Positions 18,450 to 27,622 of a stretch of 36,647 nucleotides of DNA are shown here, piece after piece. A model generated the notes under the pieces. It was not told where the DNA came from. It made no database searches and saw only the letters and a list, made by a program, of their open reading frames with translations. The stretch spans positions 1 through 36,647 of the IMG/VR virus record IMGVR_UViG_3300037483_000274. One strand, 5' to 3'. Within the stretch, counting starts at the first letter, position 1. Every line of letters begins with the position of its first letter. The position numbers and the translations under genes are program-made. The DNA is from a virus. Its lineage: Duplodnaviria; Caudoviricetes.

Positions 18450-19151
18450 TTATTGCCACGCCAACGGCATAGTTGATCCAGAATAGATTTTAAACCCGCC
18501 ATCATAGTACGTTGTACGAGTGGTGGACAAAGAGTTGCCGAGATAAATAACTTGAAAGTCATCCGGACCGAGTGAGCCCGTTGTTACTGAGTAGTCCCAT
18601 GCGTCCCAGGTAGCCGATTGGTTGGTTGATATTTCGATGGTCTCCGATCCCCCGGCCGCGAGGATGCCGTGGACAAAAACATGGACCCATTGGCCCACAA
18701 TCGCGGCTGCGGTTCCAGCGGTTATCCAGGCGGAGCCGGTATAGTACTGCACGGTCTCGGTAGCCGAAAGTCTCAAAGGAAAGCTCGCTGATTCCACGGA
18801 GTTATAGACCGCGACGAACCTATCAGTAGTCGCGGTATCGGTGTTACAGAAAAACCAAAAATCATACCATATTTCGGTATATGTTGTATCGAGGGTTTCT
18901 TTCGCATATTCTGCGGCGTCTACCTGCATGGAATATGTACCGTCATGCACTTGAGTCGTAGACTGAGCAGGTGCGCCCACTATTGAATCCCAATTTCCGG
19001 GAAACACCCCTTCAAATCCGCTACCATCGCTGAAAATAACCGAGTCCCCGCCTCCGCCAAAGGTTCGACCGATCCCCGGACCGGGTCCCATGCCCATTCC
19101 GGCATAAGCCAGCGCGGGAATGAGGACAAAAAGAACAACCAGCTTTCTCAT
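18450..19151 (-). CDS. Signal-peptide-bearing beta-sandwich (lectin-like) protein in the tail module
   Basis: ATG 19151 overlaps the upstream TGA; MRKLVVLFVLIPALAYA signal; Gly linker; aromatic/Thr-rich beta domain. Confidence 0.65.
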   Translation of the reverse strand: MRKLVVLFVLIPALAYAGMGMGPGPGIGRTFGGGGDSVIFSDGSGFEGVFPGNWDSIVGAPAQSTTQVHDGTYSMQVDAAEYAKETLDTTYTEIWYDFWFFCNTDTATTDRFVAVYNSVESASFPLRLSATETVQYYTGSAWITAGTAAAIVGQWVHVFVHGILAAGGSETIEISTNQSATWDAWDYSVTTGSLGPDDFQVIYLGNSLSTTRTTYYDGGFKIYSGSTMPLAWQ

Positions 19152-20173
19152 CGCTGCACCTTCCAGTTCAGCGTTCGCGCTCCCGGTGTAATAGAAGCTG
19201 CCGTATTGTTGCACACTTTAAAATTTACGTTGTTTGTAGACGGGTAGGCTATTATAGTCAGCATCCCGTTTACCGAGGGCTGATAGCCGACCACTCCCGT
19301 GGGGTCCGAATTAAATCCCCAGTCAATTATATCGGTTGTTGCGGTCCCTGTTGCCGCAGTCGTGACCACGGTCGCGCAGGCCCCGGAGGCTATGGCCGAG
19401 GTTCCGAGCGCTGATGTGCCTTTAGCCACAATGACCGATATCCCCCCGGCCGTTTCGGCGTCGTCGGCTAAAGCGGTTTGAACCCCAGTTCCCAGGCCGG
19501 ACAAAGGGAGATAATTCGAGGCGGTAATGGTATCCGCCACCTCGTTGTCATCCCAGGGGTTAGCCGTGTTAACCAGGTTCTCAGTGATCGTGCCGTCTGC
19601 GATATCTGTAAGCGTGGCTTCAAGTGGTTGCTTTGCCGCAAATAGCGCGTCAAGCTCGGCCGACGTATCGTATGCGGCACCAATTGCGGATAATAGTAAA
19701 TAATTCGAGGCGGTAATGGTATCCGCAACCTCATTATCCGCCCATGGGTTAGCAGTGTTAACCAGGTTTTCCGCTATCGTTCCGTCTGCGATATCTGTAA
19801 GAGTCGCATCGGCGGCCTGATAGTCGGTTCCGGCGGCTGCGGTCGATGGAGTTGCTACGCCCGCCGAGACCGTGATTTTTAGCAGCCCGGTTGTCAGAGT
19901 ACCAAGATTCGATTCATTGGAGAGACCTGTTTCTGAGGTTCGAGTAAAATAACTTCCGGCTGAAGGTGCGTCCGACCCCGCCGCAAGGTCAATTATATCC
20001 TGAATCAGGGACTTATAATTTCCAGGAGCCGAGGCGGTACCTAAATTAGGGATATAATCCGCTGCGGTTGGAACGCGCTGCGGGAACTCGGACGCTTTCA
20101 GCGCCAAGGCCAGAGGCACGAATGTGCAGCCCGCAAAACATGCTAATATAATTAAACAAAGTGATTTCTTCAC
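19148..20173 (-). CDS. Signal-peptide-bearing fibre-like protein with an internal repeat
   Basis: GTG start with GGGAG RBS; MKKSLCLIILACFAGCTFVPLALA; Thr/Ala-rich; duplicated 36-aa unit. Confidence 0.7.
   Translation of the reverse strand: MKKSLCLIILACFAGCTFVPLALALKASEFPQRVPTAADYIPNLGTASAPGNYKSLIQDIIDLAAGSDAPSAGSYFTRTSETGLSNESNLGTLTTGLLKITVSAGVATPSTAAAGTDYQAADATLTDIADGTIAENLVNTANPWADNEVADTITASNYLLLSAIGAAYDTSAELDALFAAKQPLEATLTDIADGTITENLVNTANPWDDNEVADTITASNYLPLSGLGTGVQTALADDAETAGGISVIVAKGTSALGTSAIASGACATVVTTAATGTATTDIIDWGFNSDPTGVVGYQPSVNGMLTIIAYPSTNNVNFKVCNNTAASITPGARTLNWKVQR
19511..19807 (-). repeat. Diverged ~108-bp direct repeat (19511-19618 and 19700-19807)
   Basis: ATLTDIADGTI(A/T)ENLVNTANPW(A/D)DNEVADTITASNY occurs twice with a 189-nt period. 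Confidence 0.9.
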
Positions 20174-20177
20174 TTAT

Positions 20178-20942
20178 TTACTCCCAAATGCCGGAGCTGT
20201 CCTCAAGGTCCCAAAATCCGATACCGGATTCGAGGCCCCAGGCCCCGCCACTAACGGTAGGACTGGTTATCATGCGGTAAGACGGCTGGCGGCAGATAAC
20301 GTTTGTATTTGCCATCGGAACGTAGGCATTGTTGGCCCGGATTTGTCTGAGACTGGACTCGGCACGATCTACTACTACGGCTGAAGGCTCGCGTTCATAC
20401 TCGGGCGATATTTCCACGGCCAGGTTCCACAAAATCGCGTCCTCGTATTCGGGCGGGAGTGAAATTACAGTTGTCAGTGCGGCGTAGTCGGCAATTGCCT
20501 TATGAGACCACAAATGCATGGAGTACTCGACCTCGGGAACCGGCCAAAAGAAAAGCGTGGCCGACGGGTAGGTCCGCTCGAAATAGCACTTGACTGGTCG
20601 GGATGTAATAGCTTTTATCGGGACCCGAGCATACTCTTCGGCGGCCATGCGCAGAACTGGGTAATCGAAGTCATTGATTCGAATGAACATCCTTACGATA
20701 CGACTCGGCCAGCCGGTGGTTATTGCCGCCCCGGACGCGGCCCCGCCAATTGTTATCGAATTGGACCCGGAGGGCAGCGCAAAGCTTTCTCGCGAAACGT
20801 TACTTGGGCCGTTTTTATCCCGTAGCCAGCGACGCAGCATCATATTTATGGACGCCATAGCGTCTAACTGCTCATCAACCGACATATTCGAGACCCCGAT
20901 TTTCCGGCCAGCTGAGTTTATCAGATCCGCTACCGTGGTCAT
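20178..20942 (-). CDS. Head-to-tail adaptor (P22 gp4-like position) with C-terminal extension
   Basis: MTTVADLINSAGRKIGV, FWPVP, LPPEYEDAILWNLAVEISPEY. Confidence 0.75.
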   Translation of the reverse strand: MTTVADLINSAGRKIGVSNMSVDEQLDAMASINMMLRRWLRDKNGPSNVSRESFALPSGSNSITIGGAASGAAITTGWPSRIVRMFIRINDFDYPVLRMAAEEYARVPIKAITSRPVKCYFERTYPSATLFFWPVPEVEYSMHLWSHKAIADYAALTTVISLPPEYEDAILWNLAVEISPEYEREPSAVVVDRAESSLRQIRANNAYVPMANTNVICRQPSYRMITSPTVSGGAWGLESGIGFWDLEDSSGIWE

Positions 20943-21277
20943 TATTTGGTCTCCATGTGGGCCTTAACCAAGCGGCGAATTGCCAAAATAGACAACGTGT
21001 CGTCTACTTCAAGGCCTTGCTTCTTGGCAAGATTTATCAAATCAGACTTCGGCATCCTGTTCAACGCGGATACTGCAGGGGCAAAAGAGGTGGCTTCCAC
21101 TGCGGTAATCGGAGCTGGCGCGGGGTCCAGGAAATCCAAAGGATTTTCGGCCTCCTGGAACTTATCCGGAGTATCCACCCATCCTGCACCATCTTCGCAG
21201 ATGTCGCCAGGGCCGTACAGTTTACCATCGGGCGCTAAATCCTTGTGGTATAACCATTGTGGGGTATTAATTTTCAT
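20942..21277 (-). CDS. Hypothetical protein with C-terminal HeH/Rho-N-like motif
   Basis: PQWLYH...GWVDTP N-terminus and LNRMPKSDLINLAKKQGL C-terminus. Confidence 0.7.
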   Translation of the reverse strand: MKINTPQWLYHKDLAPDGKLYGPGDICEDGAGWVDTPDKFQEAENPLDFLDPAPAPITAVEATSFAPAVSALNRMPKSDLINLAKKQGLEVDDTLSILAIRRLVKAHMETK

Positions 21278-21430
21278 GACTTACCTTCACACGGAAAACA
21301 GGCGCGAACCAAAAATACTCTTCGGGATAGCGATCAACCACAGCCCGGAAAAACTGATAGAAATCGTCTGGCAGATCTGCGGGCATTGAAATTAGAGTTG
21401 ACATTGGTTCGCGCCTGGTTTGGGTTTACA

Positions 21431-21448
21431 CGGGGGCTTTCACCCCCG
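21431..21448 (-). terminator. Hairpin after the capsid gene
   Basis: CGGGGGT-GAAA-GCCCCCG GNRA-loop hairpin with a poor U tract. Confidence 0.55.
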
Positions 21449-21456
21449 GAATTTAG

Positions 21457-22671
21457 TTATCCAATGATCCGGCAAGCGTGCTCGGGACGTTGGGCCAAGT
21501 GGCCAAAGAAAACATCTAACCGGCAATTGTACTGCGCCTCGCTGATATCATATTGGCGCAAAATCCGGATGTTAATGCCATCCATTTCCTTCTGGGCCTT
21601 GAAATCAACATCATTGGGCATTTCCAGCAATGCCGTTGCGAACGTGTAGGCTTCTTTGTGATAAGCCAGATTGAGCGGATACACGGTGGAAGCCGCACCG
21701 GCAAAAGTAACAGCCGCATTATCAGCCGGGAAAGCGCTGACACTCTGTAAACCCCCGGAAGCGCTGGTGTAGATTGCAGGAGAGACTGAGAGGGTTACCT
21801 CATTCGTGCCAGCCGTGGCATCGGCGGTCACCACAAATTGTTGCAGAGTCGGCATGACTTTCTTAGTGATCGGATTCACGCCAAAAACCCCGGCAACCGT
21901 GAAAATTTCGCCCTTCTTCACGGTATCGGTCGCTCCGGTGAAACCATCGATGTGAATCGTGGTCGCCCCTTCCACAGAGACCGCACCGTCAACCAGGGTC
22001 GTACCGGCTCTGGTACCCGTGGTCAGCGAGGGCAAAAGCTCGTTGGCGTGGAAATCCAGGCCCAGGGCGTGGCCCATTCGAGCAGAGGTGAACTGTTTCT
22101 CGATTTCGGTGCGGGCGTGGAACAGCGTGGCCAGGCCATTTACGGTGGCGGCTTCGGCAGCGGCATCGATCTGAACATGCCGGTTACCGTCTTTTCTCGG
22201 AGCGCCGAAACGGGTCATCTTGGACCCGGCATTGAGATAGACAAGGGCAGTTGCCGGAGTCGTTCCAGGGGTGCCTTCCTGATTGTAAGTAGCCTTGACC
22301 ATGTTTTCCAGGGTCTGCAATTCAATTTCCTCGGCCAGCCGGGAAACAGCGGGCTTGATGACCTGGCGAGAAAAATCGGTCAGCGACAGGGCCAATTCAG
22401 CGTCGGTAAAAATCAGATCCACGCCCCTAACGGTGCCGACTGTCAGGGTATCGTATTCCTCGACCATGTTTTGGCCGGAAAAAGTCCAGCCGGTCCGCAC
22501 GGAATAGCGGGCGGGCTTGCGGATACGGATAGAGGCCCCGCGCTTTTGACCGGCAATCGTGCTGGTCTTATCGTGTTGTTTGTCAATGGTGCTAACAAAC
22601 GACATTTCATTGTGGACGATGTTCAAAGATTCGGCGGTAATTTCGTCTACCGTCAACAGGGTATTAGCCAT
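21457..22671 (-). CDS. Major capsid protein (P22 coat gp5 family)
   Basis: MANTLLT..IT, GASIRIRKP, LAYHKEAYTFAT, CRLDVFFG...RPEHACRI. Confidence 0.92.
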   Translation of the reverse strand: MANTLLTVDEITAESLNIVHNEMSFVSTIDKQHDKTSTIAGQKRGASIRIRKPARYSVRTGWTFSGQNMVEEYDTLTVGTVRGVDLIFTDAELALSLTDFSRQVIKPAVSRLAEEIELQTLENMVKATYNQEGTPGTTPATALVYLNAGSKMTRFGAPRKDGNRHVQIDAAAEAATVNGLATLFHARTEIEKQFTSARMGHALGLDFHANELLPSLTTGTRAGTTLVDGAVSVEGATTIHIDGFTGATDTVKKGEIFTVAGVFGVNPITKKVMPTLQQFVVTADATAGTNEVTLSVSPAIYTSASGGLQSVSAFPADNAAVTFAGAASTVYPLNLAYHKEAYTFATALLEMPNDVDFKAQKEMDGINIRILRQYDISEAQYNCRLDVFFGHLAQRPEHACRIIG

Positions 22672-22683
22672 TTTGGGATTCCT

Positions 22684-23577
22684 TTACTTTATCTCGCCTT
22701 TCCGACGTTTTTCGATCCAGGCTTTCAAATCGTTTTTGGCCAGATCGGCGGATGAATTGGTGTGCGCCGCTTTGCCGCCCACCGTTTTAATCGGAGGTGG
22801 ATTCACTGCGGTCCTCGGCGGCGTACTTGATATTTGTGCCAGCAACCTACCAACTGCTATTGCCTGGCTGATAGGGTCGAGGCGGTTAATTTGTTCGAAA
22901 ACCTCACGATTTTTACCGAGGTGATAAGCGATATCGGCTGGATTTTCGGAACTAAGGACAATTGCGCCCAGGACATCAGACACGGGCACCGAAAACGCGA
23001 CGTCTTCAAAATCGGGATATTTTTCCCGGCCGGAATCGACCATCTTCAGCCTGCGGCCTTCAAAATCCTGTTGGACTTTTTCCGCCTGTTGTTGTTGCGC
23101 GGTGCGCTCCGTAGTGACTTTTGTTTTGTGTTCGCGTTGCTCGATTTTCCAGCCCGCTACTTCCTCGATATACCGATCCTGATCAAAATCGCACGATTCC
23201 ATCGTCGGTCTCGGGCGAGTAGGGGCCTCCGGGGCCGATTGTGTTCCTGGGGCTTGAGTAGCCGTCTGTCCGCGCTCCAAATGTTGGGCCAAGAGCGCCT
23301 CGAGCCTGGCAGCCCGTTGAACTGCCTCCGTGGCTTTTCTTGATTCCGCTTCTCGCTGTGCGGTCAGCTTATCAAACCGTTTTCGGTACCAGGGCTTTTT
23401 GGATACCTGCAATTCCTCATCAAATTCCGCCCGTTTCTGGGCGTCGATTTCTTCCGGGGTGGGCTGTAAAGTAGGTTCCCCGTTAACCGCTGGCGCGACT
23501 GTAGCCGCTGGCGCATTGTTGGGGTCGGTGGCCCCAGGTTGTCCCGGTACCGTCAAGTTAGTGACGTTTTCTGGCAT
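22684..23577 (-). CDS. Scaffolding protein
   Basis: Upstream of the capsid gene; RFDKLT coiled coil, KYPDFEDV, IAYHLGKN, PPPIKTV; AGGAG RBS. Confidence 0.85.
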   Translation of the reverse strand: MPENVTNLTVPGQPGATDPNNAPAATVAPAVNGEPTLQPTPEEIDAQKRAEFDEELQVSKKPWYRKRFDKLTAQREAESRKATEAVQRAARLEALLAQHLERGQTATQAPGTQSAPEAPTRPRPTMESCDFDQDRYIEEVAGWKIEQREHKTKVTTERTAQQQQAEKVQQDFEGRRLKMVDSGREKYPDFEDVAFSVPVSDVLGAIVLSSENPADIAYHLGKNREVFEQINRLDPISQAIAVGRLLAQISSTPPRTAVNPPPIKTVGGKAAHTNSSADLAKNDLKAWIEKRRKGEIK

Positions 23578-23603
23578 GGTATTTCTCCTGTTTTTGCCGG
23601 TAG

Positions 23604-23798
23604 TTAGCCGTTAAATCTTTTGATTCTCCGAGTTAAAAGAGCAAGATAGGCCCTCATAAGTGTCAATTGATCCTGTAGATCTTGCTTTTCTTCCGCGCCT
23701 AAGCGAGCGTAAATTTCACCATTCATAAAAGACGCCAACTTAGCCGTTTTGGCGCTTAACTCGTCATATTCTATCCGTACTCGGTCTTTGTAATCCAT
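23604..23798 (-). CDS. Small helical protein (crAss001_48-like)
   Basis: RVRIEYDEL..K..KL..F...LQDQL..M.AY..LL.RRI pattern; AAGGAG RBS. Confidence 0.75.
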   Translation of the reverse strand: MDYKDRVRIEYDELSAKTAKLASFMNGEIYARLGAEEKQDLQDQLTLMRAYLALLTRRIKRFNG

Positions 23799-23855
23799 TC
23801 TCTGGACTCTCCTTTTAGGTACTTTGTAGCCTATCCGTAATTATATTATGATCGC

Positions 23856-23884
23856 ATTATAACGCATTGTTATCCAAGATACAA
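23856..23884 (-). promoter_or_regulatory. sigma70 promoter for the scaffold/capsid genes
   Basis: TTGTAT-17 bp-TATAAT in an AT-rich gap. Confidence 0.7.
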
Positions 23885-23910
23885 CAAAAATCTTAATGCT
23901 TAGACACCAG

Positions 23911-23940
23911 GAGGCCCAAGATCAGTTAACCTTGGGCCTC
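23911..23940. other. 10-bp perfect hairpin after the portal gene
   Basis: GAGGCCCAAG-10 nt-CTTGGGCCTC with no U tract. Confidence 0.55.
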
Positions 23941-23952
23941 GGGCTAAGTCGA

Positions 23953-25851
23953 TTACATGGACGCAAGCGCCTCGGCCACAGCAATTTGGGCTATTTGCAT
24001 AATTTTGGCCTGCATTTCGTCGTCCATCTGGGACAAATCGCGCTTCTTTTTCTCATTGTCAAGCGCCTTCCCTTCCAAATCCAAACCGACTTCAGGATCA
24101 GGTGGCGGGGGCTCTGGCGGCTGATTCATAGCTTGAATTTCGTCGGCAATTTCCTGGGCCTCGGGCCAATCGAGATTTTTAGCAATCCTCGGGATCAGCA
24201 GAGGGGCATAATCCGGTGCCATCGAGGCCAGTTGGATCATTCCGTCTGCTGCTTCGAGTCTCCGGGTTGAGTACCCTGGGCCGGCGTCCATTGTTACATC
24301 ATACCGTCCGACTGACAAATCGTTCGCAACTATACGGCCCGTAACCGGATCAACCACGTTTATCTGCGCCCATCCCTCTTTTCCATCCTCGTTTAAAAGC
24401 CGGATAACTCGTTGAGTATTATAGATTTTGGGAATCAGATCGACCAAAATACGGCCCGTGTATTTTATCGCCCGAGTCTGGTTGTCGGTATAAGCAAATG
24501 CAGAGATATCGCTTTGGCGTTGCCGGGCGATTATCGCCCTGCCGGACGTCTCCTGGCTCTTATTTCCCAGGGCCGCATCATATTGGCCGGTGCAGGCCTT
24601 TAGATCCGCATCTGCCATCATCGCCGCTTGATTGTGACCCGGATCGCCAATAGACGGAGAGGACCGCTTCCACGCATTTTCAAAACCATCATTGACCAGC
24701 AAATAGGCCCTTGGCACGGAGTTTGCCGTATCCCACATGTGCTCAAACCCCTTTATCGCGTTTGGCGTGGTAACAACAGGCTGCTTTGGGGTCAGCGCCA
24801 GGGTCTCTATTTCATTTGACCTCGCCCAATTGTAGAGCCGGGCGGGATCTTTAGCGTTTCGCACTACGGACCGATACGAAACTTTCCCCTCAATCCACTT
24901 TTCCTCTCCGGGGCAAAACACAATCGGGATATATTTTCCGGGCCACTTTTGAGGCGCTTCGAGCAGGCCGGTCCCAGATATCTTGCACCAATAGACACAG
25001 TCATAGGGAACGACTCGGGTATCTGTGTACCGCAACGGCTCGGCGTTTTCGGTTGATTGGTCTACAACCGCCTTGATCAATTGGCCATCAGGAGTTGCTA
25101 CTTCGGCGGTTTCAAACTTTTCGAGAGAGATAGTCCGGCCATCGGCCAGCAAAAACAGTTGCCGAGTCTCGGGAACTTTATAGAAATACTCGGCTACGCG
25201 GATTTTGGTTTCTGATCGCCAATCAGCCCCGGTTTCCCCTATTCCCTCTGGCAGGCCCGAAGCCGGTTCGTCGGGATACTTTTCCGCGTAGTCATCAGTT
25301 GTCAGCTCTTCAACCACAAACGCCCACTTGATATCAGATAGATCCGGCTTTACCGCGTCGGGGTCACGATATACGGAAAATTGATTTACGACTCGCTCGA
25401 TAAGAATGTCTTGGTCGAACGTAGCGTCATCAGCGTATTTTGTAACGATTCTCCAAACGCCCAGGCCTCCGTCTACCGCGTTCTCAACCCCCATATCATA
25501 AGCGGCCTCAGCATCCGACATATTTTCAATCGACCGTATGATGCCATTCAGGAGCCCGGCCACTTTTAGGTCTGCCCCAGAATCGTTCGGCCGGACCTTT
25601 ATGGTCTGGCGATTCTGGCGCAAATCATTCTTAATTTTGCGTGTATGCCCGGCGGTCTTGTTGATTGTTATCAGCGGTCGGCCCTTGCGTAGAGCTTTGT
25701 CGGCTGCGGACCATTGCGCACCATCCTCGAATTTAAGGTCATCCAGCATTTGGACCCGCTGATCGTGCTCAGCCTCAACCGCCCGCTGAAAGCGCTTTAG
25801 CGCGGTTGTCAATAGCTTGTCGTGTTTGCCTTTTTTCATAGTGTCATCCAA
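23953..25851 (-). CDS. Portal protein (P22-like)
   Basis: DLKF..GAQW, RPLITINK, WPGKYIPIV, AKDPARLYN, SGRAIIARQ, GRYDV..DAGPGYSTRR. Confidence 0.93.
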   Translation of the reverse strand: MDDTMKKGKHDKLLTTALKRFQRAVEAEHDQRVQMLDDLKFEDGAQWSAADKALRKGRPLITINKTAGHTRKIKNDLRQNRQTIKVRPNDSGADLKVAGLLNGIIRSIENMSDAEAAYDMGVENAVDGGLGVWRIVTKYADDATFDQDILIERVVNQFSVYRDPDAVKPDLSDIKWAFVVEELTTDDYAEKYPDEPASGLPEGIGETGADWRSETKIRVAEYFYKVPETRQLFLLADGRTISLEKFETAEVATPDGQLIKAVVDQSTENAEPLRYTDTRVVPYDCVYWCKISGTGLLEAPQKWPGKYIPIVFCPGEEKWIEGKVSYRSVVRNAKDPARLYNWARSNEIETLALTPKQPVVTTPNAIKGFEHMWDTANSVPRAYLLVNDGFENAWKRSSPSIGDPGHNQAAMMADADLKACTGQYDAALGNKSQETSGRAIIARQRQSDISAFAYTDNQTRAIKYTGRILVDLIPKIYNTQRVIRLLNEDGKEGWAQINVVDPVTGRIVANDLSVGRYDVTMDAGPGYSTRRLEAADGMIQLASMAPDYAPLLIPRIAKNLDWPEAQEIADEIQAMNQPPEPPPPDPEVGLDLEGKALDNEKKKRDLSQMDDEMQAKIMQIAQIAVAEALASM

Positions 25852-27119
25852 CTTCCTTGATTTTCCGGCGGCCGCCGGGATCTTTGAGGCCTTCCGGTCA
25901 TTTCGAGTTTAGGGATTGTCAGGCCGAGCAGCATAAAGGCGTCTGAGGCGTGCGATGACCAATCATGCTCGGGCGATTGGCTGAATTTTCCCTCTTCCGT
26001 AGCGTGTTTTTTGTAGTGATAGTACCTAAGCGATTGCAGGCCATCAGCGCATTTCCCCTCATCAAAAATACAAAGCGGGAAGACCGCTCGGGCCGCCGAT
26101 ATCGCTATTTTTTTGTTTTCGGGCGGGGCCGGTTGAGTCCGCACATCAAAACCCAATGAGCGGAATTGCATCTCAACCGACCGCCCGCCCGCTGCAAACT
26201 GTTGGGCCTTGCCATCGTGTGGCAAATGGAGCGTTCCATAGACGTATTGTTTTCGCTGAAACTCTTTGGCATAGTGCGCTACACCTTTGAGCTGATCCTG
26301 AAGAAAATCAATTATCCGGTATTCAAGACCGATCCTCTGAACAAACCAGGCGCTAAAGAAGTCGCTCCACCCAAGGTCCGTGTAAATATCCACTTTGTGC
26401 GAGGGATCGTAAGGCGCGCGGCAAATACGTTTGTCCAGGGCGGCTTGCCGGAGCTCTTCAGCGAAAACAGCGCCATCAAGCGTTTGGCGGCATTTGCCTT
26501 CCCAAATATGCATGTAGTCGTCAATCGACCGGGCCTTGCAAGCCGCCATTTCTTCCTTTAGCACTTCCGGAAACCACGGATTATCGCTCCAATTTACCTC
26601 TACCGCAATCGCGTTATCCGGCGTATTTATTACAAAACGCTTATAGACTTCATCAGTCTCCAAACTCGGATTGAAAGATAACCAAATCTCACTGTTCGGT
26701 TCCCGAATCGTCGGTATTAGGACGTCCAGCGAGGATTTTGAGACATTGTGCGCCTCTTCAATTACAACGCGATCTATGCCCTCAACCGATCTAATGGAGT
26801 CGATATTGTGTTTCAGGCCAGCAAAAATTATATCGCTGCCATTCAGAGATTTTATCGTGGTTTTCTGGATGTCAAAATAGTTTCTCAACCCAAGCTTATT
26901 GATCTGTGAGACCAGAAGCGCGTAGCTACTTTCTTGAATCGATTTCTGGATTTCCCGGCTGTAGAGAATCCTCATTCGGGTTTCAAGCATATCCAAAAGA
27001 CAAATTCGGGCTATCGTCCAAGACTTGGCTGATCCCCGGCCACCATAAGGGATCTTATATCTGGCCGGTTCTCTGAGTATCCGTAGCTTTTCAGGGAATT
27101 GAATATTAATCTCGGGCAT
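25836..27119 (-). CDS. terL: Terminase large subunit (PBSX-like)
   Basis: Walker A YGGRGSAKS, SREIQKSI, Walker B VVIEEA, PTIR, FNP; nuclease motifs DLG and HASDAF; likely start ATG 27119. Confidence 0.93.
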   Translation of the reverse strand: MPEINIQFPEKLRILREPARYKIPYGGRGSAKSWTIARICLLDMLETRMRILYSREIQKSIQESSYALLVSQINKLGLRNYFDIQKTTIKSLNGSDIIFAGLKHNIDSIRSVEGIDRVVIEEAHNVSKSSLDVLIPTIREPNSEIWLSFNPSLETDEVYKRFVINTPDNAIAVEVNWSDNPWFPEVLKEEMAACKARSIDDYMHIWEGKCRQTLDGAVFAEELRQAALDKRICRAPYDPSHKVDIYTDLGWSDFFSAWFVQRIGLEYRIIDFLQDQLKGVAHYAKEFQRKQYVYGTLHLPHDGKAQQFAAGGRSVEMQFRSLGFDVRTQPAPPENKKIAISAARAVFPLCIFDEGKCADGLQSLRYYHYKKHATEEGKFSQSPEHDWSSHASDAFMLLGLTIPKLEMTGRPQRSRRPPENQGSWMTL

Positions 27120-27537
27120 CCGGGGCCTTCCACTGCACGGTGATTTTAAGGGGCTCGTCATTTGCGCCGGTGACAGCCGCTTGGGTTTTGTTTGACCAGC
27201 CAAACAGGTTCGAGCCCGCAAAAATCGTAAACGGTCCTTGAACTGTTCCGGCCATGCTGGCTTCAATCCATTTAAGGCGCTGGATATCTACCGCCCGCTC
27301 GACTGCGCTCGCGAACTCCGGATGAGCCTTGGCCCACTGTTTAATCGTTTGAGTTGACACGCCCAAATGGGCCGCAAATCCCTCAAACAGGGGGATCGGA
27401 TGAATATCGGGGTCAGAAAAGTAATTAAGGAGCTCCATGCATAGATTGGTATCGTACAGGCTCGTGCCCTTTATCTTGGGCGGATATTTCGCCAACTGGG
27501 TTGACGGAAACCCTATTGCGTCCCGCTGCTTTTTCAT
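27106..27537 (-). CDS. terS: Terminase small subunit
   Basis: HTH FAAHLGVSTQTIKQWAKAHPEF; C-terminal VTGANDEPLKITV; AGGAG RBS; directly upstream of terL. Confidence 0.85.
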   Translation of the reverse strand: MKKQRDAIGFPSTQLAKYPPKIKGTSLYDTNLCMELLNYFSDPDIHPIPLFEGFAAHLGVSTQTIKQWAKAHPEFASAVERAVDIQRLKWIEASMAGTVQGPFTIFAGSNLFGWSNKTQAAVTGANDEPLKITVQWKAPDARD

Positions 27538-27555
27538 TTTCCTGCTCCTGAATCT

Positions 27556-27613
27556 GGCCCCCGGCCGCATTTTGAGAAAAGGAGGATGAAACTCAAAATA
27601 CCGGCCGGGGGCC
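27556..27613 (-). promoter_or_regulatory. 5' leader hairpin of the terS transcript
   Basis: 12-bp plus 8-bp stems around a 15-nt loop UUUCAUCCUCCUUUU. Confidence 0.65.
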
Positions 27614-27622
27614 TATGCATAA

